Origin: Candidatus Methanophagaceae archaeon
GTDB taxonomy: Archaea; Halobacteriota; Syntropharchaeia; Alkanophagales; Methanospirareceae
Reading direction: 5' to 3'
Assembly: GCA_003194425.1 (NCBI GenBank)
Contig: PQXB01000001.1
Span: forward strand, 135,265-199,264
DNA: 64,000 bases
Shown: one piece after another, positions 1 through 9,220 of the stretch
Position numbering within the stretch: position 1 is the first letter of the stretch
Layout: the number at the start of each line of letters is the position of its first letter
Notes under the pieces: model-generated
Seen by the model: only the letters and a program-made list of their open reading frames with translations
Told to the model about the DNA's origin: nothing
The model's database searches: none
Made by a program: the position numbers and the translations under genes

Positions 1-915
1 GGTTTGAAGTTGGCGGGTGTGGCGGAGCGGCGACCGCTGATTTACGCTGCGACCGAGAGGAATTGGAGAGAGTTTCTGGGGCTTGCGAAGCAGTTTGAAG
101 TTCCTGTAACGCTCTTCTCTGAAAACCTCGACACGCTAAACCGTCTTGCTCTGACCTTCTCTTTGGCGGGCGTAAAAGATCTTGTCTTGGACCCGGGGAC
201 GCAGCCGGTGGGGGCGGGGCTTGAGGAGAGTTTTTCAAAGTTCGTGCGGCTGAGGCGTGCGGGAATTGAGGGGGAGGAGAAGGGGAAGGAGGTTGCGTTT
301 CCTTTGATGGCGGTTCCGATGACTACGTGGGTAGGGCTGGCTCGAGAGGCTCGTGAAAATGAAGGGAATTCAGAGACTTTAGAGGCATCTTACTGGGAAG
401 CAATTCTCGCAGACTTGTTCATCCTAAAATACGCGGACATAATGATTCTACACTCGACGGAGCCGCACTCGTTGATTCCTGTTCGGACGCTCGTTGCGAA
501 TATTTACACTGACCCGCGGCGGCCGGTGAGCGTGAATCCGGGGTTGAAGGCGGTTGGAAATCCGAGCGAGAGCTCGCCGCTCTTTGTCACGACCAACTTC
601 GCCTTGACTTACTACACGGTAGAGAGCGACATTTCGTCTAACAAGATTGACTCGTTCTTGGTCGTGGCGGACACGGACGGGTTGGGCGTGGAAGCCGCGG
701 TTGCGGGGGGGCAGCTCAACGCAGAGGTGATGAAAGAGACTTTGGAGTCGTTTGCGGTGGCGGAGAAGGTAAAGCACAAGACAGTGGTACTGCCGGGGCT
801 TGCAGCACGGATTTCGGGCGAGACCGAGGACGCTACGGGGTGGAAGGTGGTTGTGGGTCCGCGGGACAGTGGTCAGATTCCGGGCTGGCTGGAGAAGAAT
901 TGGCCGCCGGAATAG
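1..915 (+). CDS. Partial (5'-truncated by window) corrinoid iron-sulfur protein subunit of CODH/ACS, CdhE/AcsC-like C-terminal TIM-barrel plus Rossmann part. CdhD cannot be excluded.
   Basis: ORF runs in frame from nt 1. Sequence is TIM-barrel/corrinoid-like (LPGLAARISGE, GPRD). Methyl-branch neighbours (mtr operon) lie in the same window. Confidence 0.45.
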   Translation, partial: GLKLAGVAERRPLIYAATERNWREFLGLAKQFEVPVTLFSENLDTLNRLALTFSLAGVKDLVLDPGTQPVGAGLEESFSKFVRLRRAGIEGEEKGKEVAFPLMAVPMTTWVGLAREARENEGNSETLEASYWEAILADLFILKYADIMILHSTEPHSLIPVRTLVANIYTDPRRPVSVNPGLKAVGNPSESSPLFVTTNFALTYYTVESDISSNKIDSFLVVADTDGLGVEAAVAGGQLNAEVMKETLESFAVAEKVKHKTVVLPGLAARISGETEDATGWKVVVGPRDSGQIPGWLEKNWPPE

Positions 916-947
916 GCTGGCAAAATAACCTAGCTTAGAAAATCTGG

Positions 948-1418
948 ATGAAAGTGGGGGTAGGTGGGACTTTTGACCCGCTGCACGACGGGCATAAAAA
1001 ACTTTTGAAAAAGGTGTTTGAGTTGAGTGAAGGCGGAAAAATCGTCGTAGGCGTGACTTCAGACCGCTTTGCACGAGCCACTAAAAAGGTTCTCCTCCGT
1101 CCGTACGCCGCAAGAGCAGCGAGGGTCAGGCGGTTTTTGCGCGAGGAATGCGGGGTAGGGGGGGAAGGGGTAAAAGTGGAGACGGTGGAGTTGAACGACA
1201 GGTTTGGGGTTGCGTTGGACGAGGATTTTGAGTGCCTCGTGATTTCGCCGGAGACTTACGAGGTCGCGTTGGAGATAAACAGGCTTCGAAAAGAGCGTGG
1301 CAGGAAGCCGATAAAAATAGTTAAGGTAGAGCACCTAAAGGCAGCCGACGGAAAACCAATCTCTTCTACGAGGATAAAAAAAGGCGAAATAAACGAGCAC
1401 GGGGCTTTGTTGCAGTAA
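948..1418 (+). CDS. coaD: Archaeal phosphopantetheine adenylyltransferase (cytidylyltransferase-like)
   Basis: N-terminal GGTFDPLHDGH nucleotidyltransferase HxGH motif; ~156 aa as in archaeal PPAT. Confidence 0.7.
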   Translation: MKVGVGGTFDPLHDGHKKLLKKVFELSEGGKIVVGVTSDRFARATKKVLLRPYAARAARVRRFLREECGVGGEGVKVETVELNDRFGVALDEDFECLVISPETYEVALEINRLRKERGRKPIKIVKVEHLKAADGKPISSTRIKKGEINEHGALLQ

Positions 1419-1431
1419 TGTTGCATAAAAG

Positions 1432-2637
1432 TCAGAGTGAGAGTCGCTTCTCAAACCTCGTCAGGTTCTCGCACCCGCCCTTCAAGACCAGCACCAAATC
1501 CTCCAGCCGAACGCCGCCCACTTCGGGGTCGTACAACCCCGGCTCAATTGTAACCACATTCCCACTTCGCAGCAGGTAGTCGTTCTCGCCAACGCTGGGA
1601 GTTTCGTGCAAATCCAACCCCACGCCGTGCCCGGTGGAATGAATAAACCCGGTTTTCGAGCCTTTTCTAACCGTCCCGTAACCCCTCTCCTCAAAGACCT
1701 CGCAGACCCTGTTGTGCACCTCTCGGCAGGTTACACCCTCTTTCACAAGCCCTAAAGCAGCGTCTTGAGCGTGCTTGACCGCCTCGTACATTTCTTGCAC
1801 CTCCTTTGCAGGCTCGCCCTTGACCACGGTTCTTGTCATATCCGCAAAATACCGCTCTGACTTCAGTCTCGGGAAAATGTCGATGACCACGGGTTCGTTC
1901 GCGAGAATCGGACCGCTGCCAGTAAAATGCGGGTCGGCAGCTCTTTTTCCACACGCCACGATCGGCTCTCCGCCGTCGCAGTTGCACCCGGAATCAATTA
2001 AATCGTGCTCAATGCAGGCTTTCACTCTTTCGGAGGTTAGTTTTTCAGAGGTCAGTTTTGAGACGGATTTTATCAGGGCTACGGCGGTCTGCATTGCGTG
2101 CTCGCAGGCTCGCTGTGCCTTCCGAATGCAATTTATTTCGTACTCATTTTTCGTCTCTCGCTCTTTTGTTATTTCTGTCTCACCGCCTGCTGCCGTTTCG
2201 CCCGCCACCACTTCTACTTCCACGCCCCTCTTCCGCAGTTCCTCGGCTGTGTAGAGCGGAAAATACCTCGGCACCTCCACCGCGTTCAGTCCCTCCTGTT
2301 GAAGAATTCTTAGAAGAAGCTCTTCGGTTTTTAGGTTTGGGTTGTAGCCGTAGTCGAGCGTAGAGCGGACTTCTTTTGCGGTTGTCTCCTTTCTCGCCCG
2401 TTCGTACTCCATTTGCGAGACGACGAGAATGTCTTTTTCTTCGTGGGGAGCGGAGGATGGAGTGGAAGCGGAGGGAAGAGTGGATGAGGGAGTGGAAGCG
2501 GAGGGAAGAGTGGAGGAGGGAGTGGAAGCGGAGGGAAAGCGGAGGTAAATAAAAGGGTCTGCGGCGAGGAAGTGAGAGGCGTAAAACATATCAGCGTTGT
2601 GCGTGCTCTCGCTGACCATTAAAAGAGGTTTTTTCAT
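1432..2637 (-). CDS. M24 family Xaa-Pro aminopeptidase/dipeptidase
   Basis: Pita-bread C-domain motifs (HSTGHGVGLDLHE, VVTIEPGLY). The N-domain carries an in-frame (STPSSTLPSA)x3 repeat. Confidence 0.8.
   Translation of the reverse strand: MKKPLLMVSESTHNADMFYASHFLAADPFIYLRFPSASTPSSTLPSASTPSSTLPSASTPSSAPHEEKDILVVSQMEYERARKETTAKEVRSTLDYGYNPNLKTEELLLRILQQEGLNAVEVPRYFPLYTAEELRKRGVEVEVVAGETAAGGETEITKERETKNEYEINCIRKAQRACEHAMQTAVALIKSVSKLTSEKLTSERVKACIEHDLIDSGCNCDGGEPIVACGKRAADPHFTGSGPILANEPVVIDIFPRLKSERYFADMTRTVVKGEPAKEVQEMYEAVKHAQDAALGLVKEGVTCREVHNRVCEVFEERGYGTVRKGSKTGFIHSTGHGVGLDLHETPSVGENDYLLRSGNVVTIEPGLYDPEVGGVRLEDLVLVLKGGCENLTRFEKRLSL
2440..2530. repeat. 30-nt tandem repeat x3 inside the M24 peptidase CDS (in frame)
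   Basis: ggagtggaagcggagggaagagtggatgag-like unit repeated three times, encoding the STPSSTLPSA repeats. Confidence 0.8.
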
Positions 2638-2696
2638 CGTGCTTCCTATTTATTTCTTTTCCTATTTATTTTTCAGAGATAAGAAAATAGTTAAGA

Positions 2697-4034
2697 ATGA
2701 AAATTGGAGTGGTAATTCACGGACCCGAGGTAGTGGACGAAGGCGAGGCGGAGGAGGCGGTAAAACGGCTGAAGGCTGCGAACGCGGGGTTTAAAGTAGA
2801 AGCGGCTTTGGGCGGAATAACAGGTAAAACCGCGGTTGTTGACGCAGGCTTACGGCGTCTAATTGACATCAGTAAGGACTTGAGACCCTCTGAAGTAGTG
2901 CGGGATTTTGTCGCTCGGGGAATAGATTTTGTCGTCTTGGTAAATCGTGCGAAGACCAGCGAGAGCGGGTTTCGGCTCGGCGAGGGGATTCTGCGGAATT
3001 TCTTCGCGACTGGCGGTACTGGCGGTACTGGCGGTACTGGCGGTACTAAAGGCGGTGCAACGGCAACGGCGAAGATTTCGTTTCTGCAGTTGGAATTCTG
3101 TGGCAGGAGGATTCTTCGTTGGGTCGTGAAGCCCGGGGACGAGGAGGTGTGTAAAAGGCTGACAAGAGTTTTTAGCGAGTTTAGGGTTGAAGAGGTTGCG
3201 GAGAGCAAACACGAACTCGGGTCGAGGTCGAGGTGCCGAAGAGACGCTCGTTCGGGTTTAGTGTACCGCGAGATAAGAGGAGTGAGTCCCGGTGAGAAAA
3301 TCGTTGTGGACGGCGTAGTTGTCGGAGTGGCGTCGCAGGCTAACGCGGTTACGTTGGTTGCGAGGGAGGGGCGACTCGTAGAAATTCTGGGCGGCACGTT
3401 GATAAAGCACAACCTTGAAAAGCTGCCGAGTTTGGATCTGGAGCGGGAGATGGTTAAGACTGCGAGTGTAATTCGGAGGACGAGACCGAGAAGGAGGGGG
3501 AAAAAAGAAAAGTCAAAAGGAGGAAAGAGAAAGAAGAAGGCGTGCTTCTTCTACACGGTTGAGGGCATTTTCCCGAGGCTCGTGGGAAGGGGTGCTGGAG
3601 CAGGAGCCGAAGCAGGAGCCGAAGCAGGAGCCGAAGCAGGAGCCGAAGAGGCGGAGGTTGCGGTTGCGGTGACCGTGGGGGACGACACGACGAGCATTGC
3701 CGGCGACATCTTGAAGCGGTTCGGAGTTCGGCTGATTGGGATTACAGACGGCGACGCAGACGGGCTGATTGACGGAATTAAGACAGGAGCGTTGGAGGAG
3801 TACGAGAAGTTTCTGCCGCCTGGCTCGGTGGTAGTGAGGTTGAAACCCGAGACGGACGACCTTGTAGGGCAGCGGGTGAAGGCAGAGATTTTTAATGGAG
3901 GAGAAGAGATTGAGTTGGAAGGAGTAGGGGAAGAAGAAGTTGCGAGGTGGTTTGAGGAGTTGAAGCGTCGGGTGCTTGAGTTGGCAGGCGAGGAGGTTGT
4001 TGGGGTGCTGAGTTCTTCGACTTATGAAGGTTGA
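2697..4034 (+). CDS. Conserved archaeal hypothetical protein (MKIGVVIHGP N-terminus, DUF2117-like). Contains (GGT)4 and (AGAE)4 repeat insertions.
   Basis: Long ORF in the local coding strand pattern with no recognisable catalytic motif. Repeats at 3012-3047 (9 nt x4) and 3598-3650 (12 nt x4). Confidence 0.45.
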   Translation: MKIGVVIHGPEVVDEGEAEEAVKRLKAANAGFKVEAALGGITGKTAVVDAGLRRLIDISKDLRPSEVVRDFVARGIDFVVLVNRAKTSESGFRLGEGILRNFFATGGTGGTGGTGGTKGGATATAKISFLQLEFCGRRILRWVVKPGDEEVCKRLTRVFSEFRVEEVAESKHELGSRSRCRRDARSGLVYREIRGVSPGEKIVVDGVVVGVASQANAVTLVAREGRLVEILGGTLIKHNLEKLPSLDLEREMVKTASVIRRTRPRRRGKKEKSKGGKRKKKACFFYTVEGIFPRLVGRGAGAGAEAGAEAGAEAGAEEAEVAVAVTVGDDTTSIAGDILKRFGVRLIGITDGDADGLIDGIKTGALEEYEKFLPPGSVVVRLKPETDDLVGQRVKAEIFNGGEEIELEGVGEEEVARWFEELKRRVLELAGEEVVGVLSSSTYEG

Positions 4035-4101
4035 AAAGATTTATGTATTTTCAGTTATTTTCAATTTAAATTATGCGTAGGGCGAAAGGGCGAAATTTAG
4101 A

Positions 4102-4674
4102 ATGAAAGAAGAAGAGAAGGAAGTGCTAAAGGTATTGGAAGAGAATGCGAGGCTGAGCTACGGGGAAATTGCGAGGCTGGTCGGAGTGGCGGGCGGGGAA
4201 GCAGGCGGGGAAGCTGGAGGGGAAGCTGGTGGGGAAGCTGGTGGGGAAGTAGGCGGGGAAGCTGGTGGAGAAGCGGCGGTGAAAAAGATTATTTCAGAGT
4301 TGGAGAAGAAGAAAATTATAAAAAAATATACAGTGGTGGCGGACTGGGAAAAGGCGGGAGTAGAGAGCGTGCAGGCGTTAATTGACATAAAAGTCAGTCC
4401 TGAAAGGGAGACTGGGTACGACCCGGTTGCAGAGCGGATTTCGCGGTTTCCAGAAGTGCGGTCGGTGCGGCTGGTCTCGGGCGAGTACGACCTCTCGGTG
4501 CTGGTGGAGGGGAAGACGATGAGAGAGGTTGCGTATTTCGTTGCCGAGAAGATTGCACCGCTGGAGCAGGTTCGGAACACGCTGACGCACTTTTTACTGA
4601 AGACTTACAAGGAGGACGGAGAGATTTACGGCGAGGAGGAGGGGGAGGGGAAGAGGCTGGCGGTGACGCTGTAA
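4102..4674 (+). CDS. Lrp/AsnC family transcriptional regulator (HTH plus RAM domain) with a (GGEA)7 insertion in the HTH turn
   Basis: N-terminal LSYGEIARLVGV...AVKKIISELEKKKIIKKYTVV HTH and a C-terminal RAM/ligand domain (VRLVSGEYDLSVLVEG). 12-nt x7 repeat at 4190-4272. Confidence 0.75.
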   Translation: MKEEEKEVLKVLEENARLSYGEIARLVGVAGGEAGGEAGGEAGGEAGGEVGGEAGGEAAVKKIISELEKKKIIKKYTVVADWEKAGVESVQALIDIKVSPERETGYDPVAERISRFPEVRSVRLVSGEYDLSVLVEGKTMREVAYFVAEKIAPLEQVRNTLTHFLLKTYKEDGEIYGEEEGEGKRLAVTL

Positions 4675-4739
4675 AAACACTTTCTTTCTAAAGAAAGAAC
4701 CTGTGCTAAAAGAGAGAAGAGAAAAAGAAAAAGAGGGAA

Positions 4740-5963
4740 ATGTCAAATAAAATAGCCGAGCGGGTGAAAGGGCTAAAAGGCTCGGGCATAAGAGAGTTTT
4801 TCGATGTCGCAGAGCAGATGGAGGGGGCGATTTCGTTGGGCGTCGGCGAGCCTGACTTTGTAACACCCTGGAGCATTCGGGAAGCGTGCATATTTTCGCT
4901 TGAAAAGGGCTACACTTCTTACACGAGCAACTGGGGGCTGCTCGAATTGAGAGAGGCGATTTCCGAAAGGACTTACAGAGAAAGTGGCGTGTTCTACGAC
5001 CCAGAGGGCGAGATTCTCGTGACGACCGGAGTGAGCGAGGCGTTCGATTTGGCGCTGCGTGCGGTTGTCAACCCAGGCGACGAGGTCGTGCTTCACGAAC
5101 CCTCGTACGTCTCCTACAAGCCCTGCACGGTCTTTGCTGGCGGTACGCCGGTCTGCGTGGAGACGCGGGTAGAGGACGAGTTCAAACTGCGGGCGGAGCA
5201 GCTGGCGGAGCGGGTGACCGAGAAGACGAAGGCGGTTGTCCTGAACTACCCAAACAACCCCACAGGAGCGGCGTTGAGCAGGAAGGAGTTGGAGGAGATT
5301 GCGGAGGTTGCGGAGGAGCGGGATTTGGTGGTTATTTCGGACGAGATTTACGGCAGTCTGACTTACGGCGACAACGGAGACAGCGGGGAGCGGGGGAGGG
5401 GGCACACCTGCTTCTCGTCGCTCAACGGAATGCGGGAGCGGACGGTTCTGCTGAACGGTTTTTCGAAGGCTTACGCGATGACAGGGTGGCGGATTGGGTA
5501 CGCTGCGGGAAACCGGGAGCTCTTGGAGGCGATGATGAAAATTCACCAGTACGTGATGCTTTGTGCTCCGATTACGGCACAGAAGGCGGCGCTGGAGGCG
5601 CTGAGCCCGAGGTGCGACTGCGAGACCGAGAAAATGGTCGAGGAGTACAACAGGCGACGGCGGTTAATGCTGGCAGGGCTGCGGGAGGTTGGGCTGGAGT
5701 GTTTTGAGCCGAAGGGTGCGTTCTACACTTTCCCCTCGGTTGAGAGCACGGGCCTCTCGTCCGAGGAGTTTGCAAAGCGGCTGCTCTTGGAGGAGAAGGT
5801 GGTCGTGATTCCGGGAAGCGTCTTCGGGGCTTGCGGCGAGGGGTTCGTGAGGTGCTCTTACGCGGTCTCGCAGTACGAAATAAAAGAGGCGTTGGAGCGG
5901 ATTGGGCGGTTTTTGGAGGGGTTGGAAGGGGGTGGAAGGGGTTTGAGAGGGGAAGGGGTTTGA
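4740..5963 (+). CDS. Class I/II pyridoxal-phosphate aminotransferase (aspartate aminotransferase-like)
   Basis: Aminotransferase class I/II fold by overall similarity (e.g. LNGFSKAYAMTGWRIGY). Confidence 0.8.
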   Translation: MSNKIAERVKGLKGSGIREFFDVAEQMEGAISLGVGEPDFVTPWSIREACIFSLEKGYTSYTSNWGLLELREAISERTYRESGVFYDPEGEILVTTGVSEAFDLALRAVVNPGDEVVLHEPSYVSYKPCTVFAGGTPVCVETRVEDEFKLRAEQLAERVTEKTKAVVLNYPNNPTGAALSRKELEEIAEVAEERDLVVISDEIYGSLTYGDNGDSGERGRGHTCFSSLNGMRERTVLLNGFSKAYAMTGWRIGYAAGNRELLEAMMKIHQYVMLCAPITAQKAALEALSPRCDCETEKMVEEYNRRRRLMLAGLREVGLECFEPKGAFYTFPSVESTGLSSEEFAKRLLLEEKVVVIPGSVFGACGEGFVRCSYAVSQYEIKEALERIGRFLEGLEGGGRGLRGEGV

Positions 5964-5969
5964 GAGGGA

Positions 5970-7235
5970 GTGAAATTGAGAGGGAGTGAAAAAATGTTTT
6001 CGTCGCAGGAGGAACAGGAGGAACAGGAGGAACAGGAGGAGCAGGAGGAACAGGAGGAGGTTTTTGAGAAAGAGCGGAGATATTTGATGCCGACCTACAA
6101 GCGATCGCGGGTCGTGCTGAAATCCGGAAGAGGGGCGGTGGTGAAGGATTTCTCGGGTCGCGAGTACTTGGACTGCGTCGCTGGAATTGCGGTGAACGCG
6201 GTCGGGCACTGCCACCCCGCGGTAGTGAAAGCGTTGAGAGAGCAGGCGGAACGGCTCATTCACACCTCAAATTTGTTTTACACCGAGCCACAAGTAAAAC
6301 TCGCGGAGAAACTTTCGGGACTAACAGGACTGGAGAAGGCGTTCTTCTGCAATTCCGGTGCAGAGAGCGTGGAGGCGGCGTTGAAGTTAGCGTGCAAAGA
6401 AACAGGGAAAACCGGGTTCGTTGCCGCGGAGGGAAGTTTTCACGGCAGAACGCTCGGCTCGCTGAGTGCTACTTTTGACCCGAAGTTCAGAGGCGTGTTT
6501 GAACCTTTGCTTTTGCCTCGGGTGGGGAACGGTGTGAAATTCGTGCCGTACGGCGACGCAGAGGCGATTCGAGCTGCGACTGACGACAAAACCGCTGCGG
6601 TCATTTTGGAGCCTGTTCAGGGCGAGACAGGCGTGATTATTCCCCCCGCGGGCTACTTAAAAGAGGTGCGGGAAATCTGCGACGAGAAAAGGGTCTTGCT
6701 GATTTTTGATGAAATTCAGACCGGGTTCGGTCGTACTGGAAAGTGGTTCTGCAAGGAGCACGAGGGCGTGGAGCCGGATATTTTGACACTCGCGAAGGCG
6801 TTGGGAGCAGGGTTTCCAATCGGCGCGATGCTCGCACGAGAGGGCTTGGAATTTGAAGCCGGCGAGCACGGCTCGACCTTCGGCGGCGGTCCGCTGGCGT
6901 GCTCCGCCGCGCTGGCGTCTGTAAAAGTGATTGAGCGGGAGGGGCTGGTGGATCGGTCGAGAGTGCTGGGTGCGTATTTTTTGGAGCGGTTTGCGGCTGA
7001 GTCCACGGCTGCAGGCTCGGACTCCAACCCTGCAGTGAAGGAAGTGCGGGGCAAGGGGCTGATGATTGGGATTGAATTGGCGAAGCCCTGCGGGGAAGTG
7101 GTCGAGCGGGCGTTAGAAAGAGGCGTTCTGGTAAATTGCACTGCAGAGAGAGTGGTAAGGCTGGTGCCGCCGCTGGTCGTAAGCAAAGAGCAGTTGGACA
7201 AGGTGATTTCGGTCCTGCTCGAATTCATCAAGTAA
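5970..7235 (+). CDS. Class III aminotransferase (acetylornithine/LysJ-type). N-terminal (EEQ)n low-complexity; start uncertain.
   Basis: Conserved DEIQTGFGRTGKWF and TFGGGPLACSAAL motifs. Start may be at the internal ATG 5994 or 6087. Confidence 0.8.
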   Translation: MKLRGSEKMFSSQEEQEEQEEQEEQEEQEEVFEKERRYLMPTYKRSRVVLKSGRGAVVKDFSGREYLDCVAGIAVNAVGHCHPAVVKALREQAERLIHTSNLFYTEPQVKLAEKLSGLTGLEKAFFCNSGAESVEAALKLACKETGKTGFVAAEGSFHGRTLGSLSATFDPKFRGVFEPLLLPRVGNGVKFVPYGDAEAIRAATDDKTAAVILEPVQGETGVIIPPAGYLKEVREICDEKRVLLIFDEIQTGFGRTGKWFCKEHEGVEPDILTLAKALGAGFPIGAMLAREGLEFEAGEHGSTFGGGPLACSAALASVKVIEREGLVDRSRVLGAYFLERFAAESTAAGSDSNPAVKEVRGKGLMIGIELAKPCGEVVERALERGVLVNCTAERVVRLVPPLVVSKEQLDKVISVLLEFIK

Positions 7236-7276
7236 TTTTAATATGTCTAATTAAAATATAATTTAGAGGTTGTAAA

Positions 7277-7987
7277 ATGGAATACGAGATAATTGGGGAT
7301 AATCTCCAGATGGTCGTTGTAAAGATCTCTTCTGGAGAGATGGTTTACGGAGAGGCGGGTGCAATGATTTATATGAGCGAGAATATGGAGATGAACGCGA
7401 AGGCGAAGGGCGGGTTTCTGAAAGGGGTGATGCGAAAATTTGCGGGAGAGTCATTTTTTATGACAGAATTCTCGCCGAAAGGATACGGTTTCGTGGCTTT
7501 TGCCGGCAACGCACCAGGGCGGATAAAAGCGATTGAACTCAGGGGCAACGAGTTCATTGCAATGAACGATGCTTTCTTGTGCGCTCAGGAGGGCGTTGAA
7601 CTCGAGATCAAGGCTGCCTTATCAGCGAAACAGAGAGGGGGGTTGCTGTTCGGTGGAGGACGACCATTTATTCTGGAACGGCTGGGTGGAAGGGGGTCTG
7701 CGTTTATCCACGCCTGCGGCGATTTTGTAGAGATTGACCTTGCACATGGCGAAGTTGTGAAGGTGGACACCGGCTCTATCGTAGGATTCGAGAGCAGCGT
7801 GAGTTACGACATCGTGAGGGCAGGGAACGTAAAGACAATGCTCTTCAGTGGCGAACACTCCTATTTGACTACCTTGACCGGTCCAGGTCACGTGATTCTG
7901 CAGTCAATGACCATGCCGAACTTGGCGGCAGCGCTCAGACCTTTCCTGCCTTCATCTTCAGGAACATCCGAAGGATCCGTAGAGTAG
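7277..7987 (+). CDS. AIM24/TIGR00266 family protein
   Basis: Family-typical MEYEIIG...LQMVVVKI start and beta-rich repeats of DUF124/AIM24 proteins. Confidence 0.55.
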   Translation: MEYEIIGDNLQMVVVKISSGEMVYGEAGAMIYMSENMEMNAKAKGGFLKGVMRKFAGESFFMTEFSPKGYGFVAFAGNAPGRIKAIELRGNEFIAMNDAFLCAQEGVELEIKAALSAKQRGGLLFGGGRPFILERLGGRGSAFIHACGDFVEIDLAHGEVVKVDTGSIVGFESSVSYDIVRAGNVKTMLFSGEHSYLTTLTGPGHVILQSMTMPNLAAALRPFLPSSSGTSEGSVE

Positions 7988-8097
7988 GATCCGAGAGTAG
8001 GTAGTCGCAGTTCAGTATCGAGAGGTTGCAGGGGGTTGAGGTCAAAACAAAAGAAGCACGTTCCGATTTTCAAACGAGCGTCAGGGCAGAAACGCTT

Positions 8098-9045
8098 TTA
8101 TCTTTTTTCTTTTCTTATTTGAGGGTAGAAAAAAACCGCCAACGGAACGAGAAAGAGGACGCCAATCACGATTTTGCCGACGACCGAGCCTGAATTGAAG
8201 AGAATAAAAAAAACAGGCTCTTCCTCACGCTGCATCTCAAACAGGCAGGGAAAAACATCTCCCAAGAACTCTTTTGTTACATTGAGAATCCCGTCGTAAG
8301 AGCCTTCGGGTGGTGCGAGTGCCGAGACGCGAATCATTGTAAAGTTGGCACTGTGAAACGGCTCCTCCTTCACATAAAAATAGAGGACGACCCGCCGGTC
8401 TGTTACATTTCCGCTTTCTCCCCCCCTCTTTACGACGACGAGCTTCTTTACCGAGACTGTGCCGTTGAAGTAGCCTAACTCTCCTTTTCTGCTCTCGAAA
8501 GTGGAGTACAGAGGTCTCCCTGCCCAACTCACATTCTGCACAAACACCTCCTCTTTCCCCACCTCCTCAATCTCGTAGCCAAGAGCGGGGTAGCAGACGA
8601 TAGGGGAGTGGAAGCTTGAACGAGCGTTGGACTGCAGAATGAGGAGATCTATTGAGTAGTATGATTTTGGCTGTGAGTAAGCACGCATTAGCATCACATC
8701 CGCACCCAGAGTTTCTGCAACACCCGTAGTGTTGTAATCTGGTTCTAAGGCGTTCCACTCGTCAATCTGCTTTGGAAATGCCAGCATATGCTCGTTGTTC
8801 CCGAAATCCTGCAGCGTTTGAACGAACATTGCATCTTCTGTAGCCTGCGAGAGCTCGGTGTCAATTGTCTTGATGCCCTTGGCTAAAATCATTGAAGGCG
8901 TCGAGAAGAGCAGGATAATTACGAGTGCGAACGAAAGCAGTCCAATAATCCTTGAATATTCCACGAAGAAATCTTTCAGCTCCTCCCTCTCTTCCTCTTT
9001 TTCCTTCTTCTTCTCTCCTTCTCTCCCCTCCTTCTCTTTTGCCAC
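8098..9045 (-). CDS. Bitopic membrane protein: KE-rich cytosolic N-terminus, TM, ~250-aa extracytoplasmic domain with many N-x-S/T sequons, C-terminal TM plus basic tail. Paralog of 57919-58839.
   Basis: N-terminal TM IIGLLSFALVIILLF; six or more NxS/T sequons; C-terminal GKIVIGVLFLVPLAVFFYPQIRKEKR. Clear paralogy to the ORF at 57919-58839. Confidence 0.6.
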   Translation of the reverse strand: MAKEKEGREGEKKKEKEEEREELKDFFVEYSRIIGLLSFALVIILLFSTPSMILAKGIKTIDTELSQATEDAMFVQTLQDFGNNEHMLAFPKQIDEWNALEPDYNTTGVAETLGADVMLMRAYSQPKSYYSIDLLILQSNARSSFHSPIVCYPALGYEIEEVGKEEVFVQNVSWAGRPLYSTFESRKGELGYFNGTVSVKKLVVVKRGGESGNVTDRRVVLYFYVKEEPFHSANFTMIRVSALAPPEGSYDGILNVTKEFLGDVFPCLFEMQREEEPVFFILFNSGSVVGKIVIGVLFLVPLAVFFYPQIRKEKR

Positions 9046-9220
9046 TTCAAACCTTACCTCCTCTCTCTAAACTTCTTTTCGTCTAAATGTTTAAACACCT
9101 GCTAAACACTTCACTTGCAAATTCGCTGTTCTTAAAACCTTTTTAAAATAAAAAAAATGAGAGGAGCAGAAAATCTGAAAAAATCTCCTCTCTTCTCCTC
9201 TTTGGTCCTCTTTTATTGTC

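Noticed and set aside
2717-3412. 231-aa minus-strand ORF
   Set aside because: Antisense to the 2697-4034 gene. Pro/Ser/Thr-rich low complexity driven by the GGT/GCC repeats.
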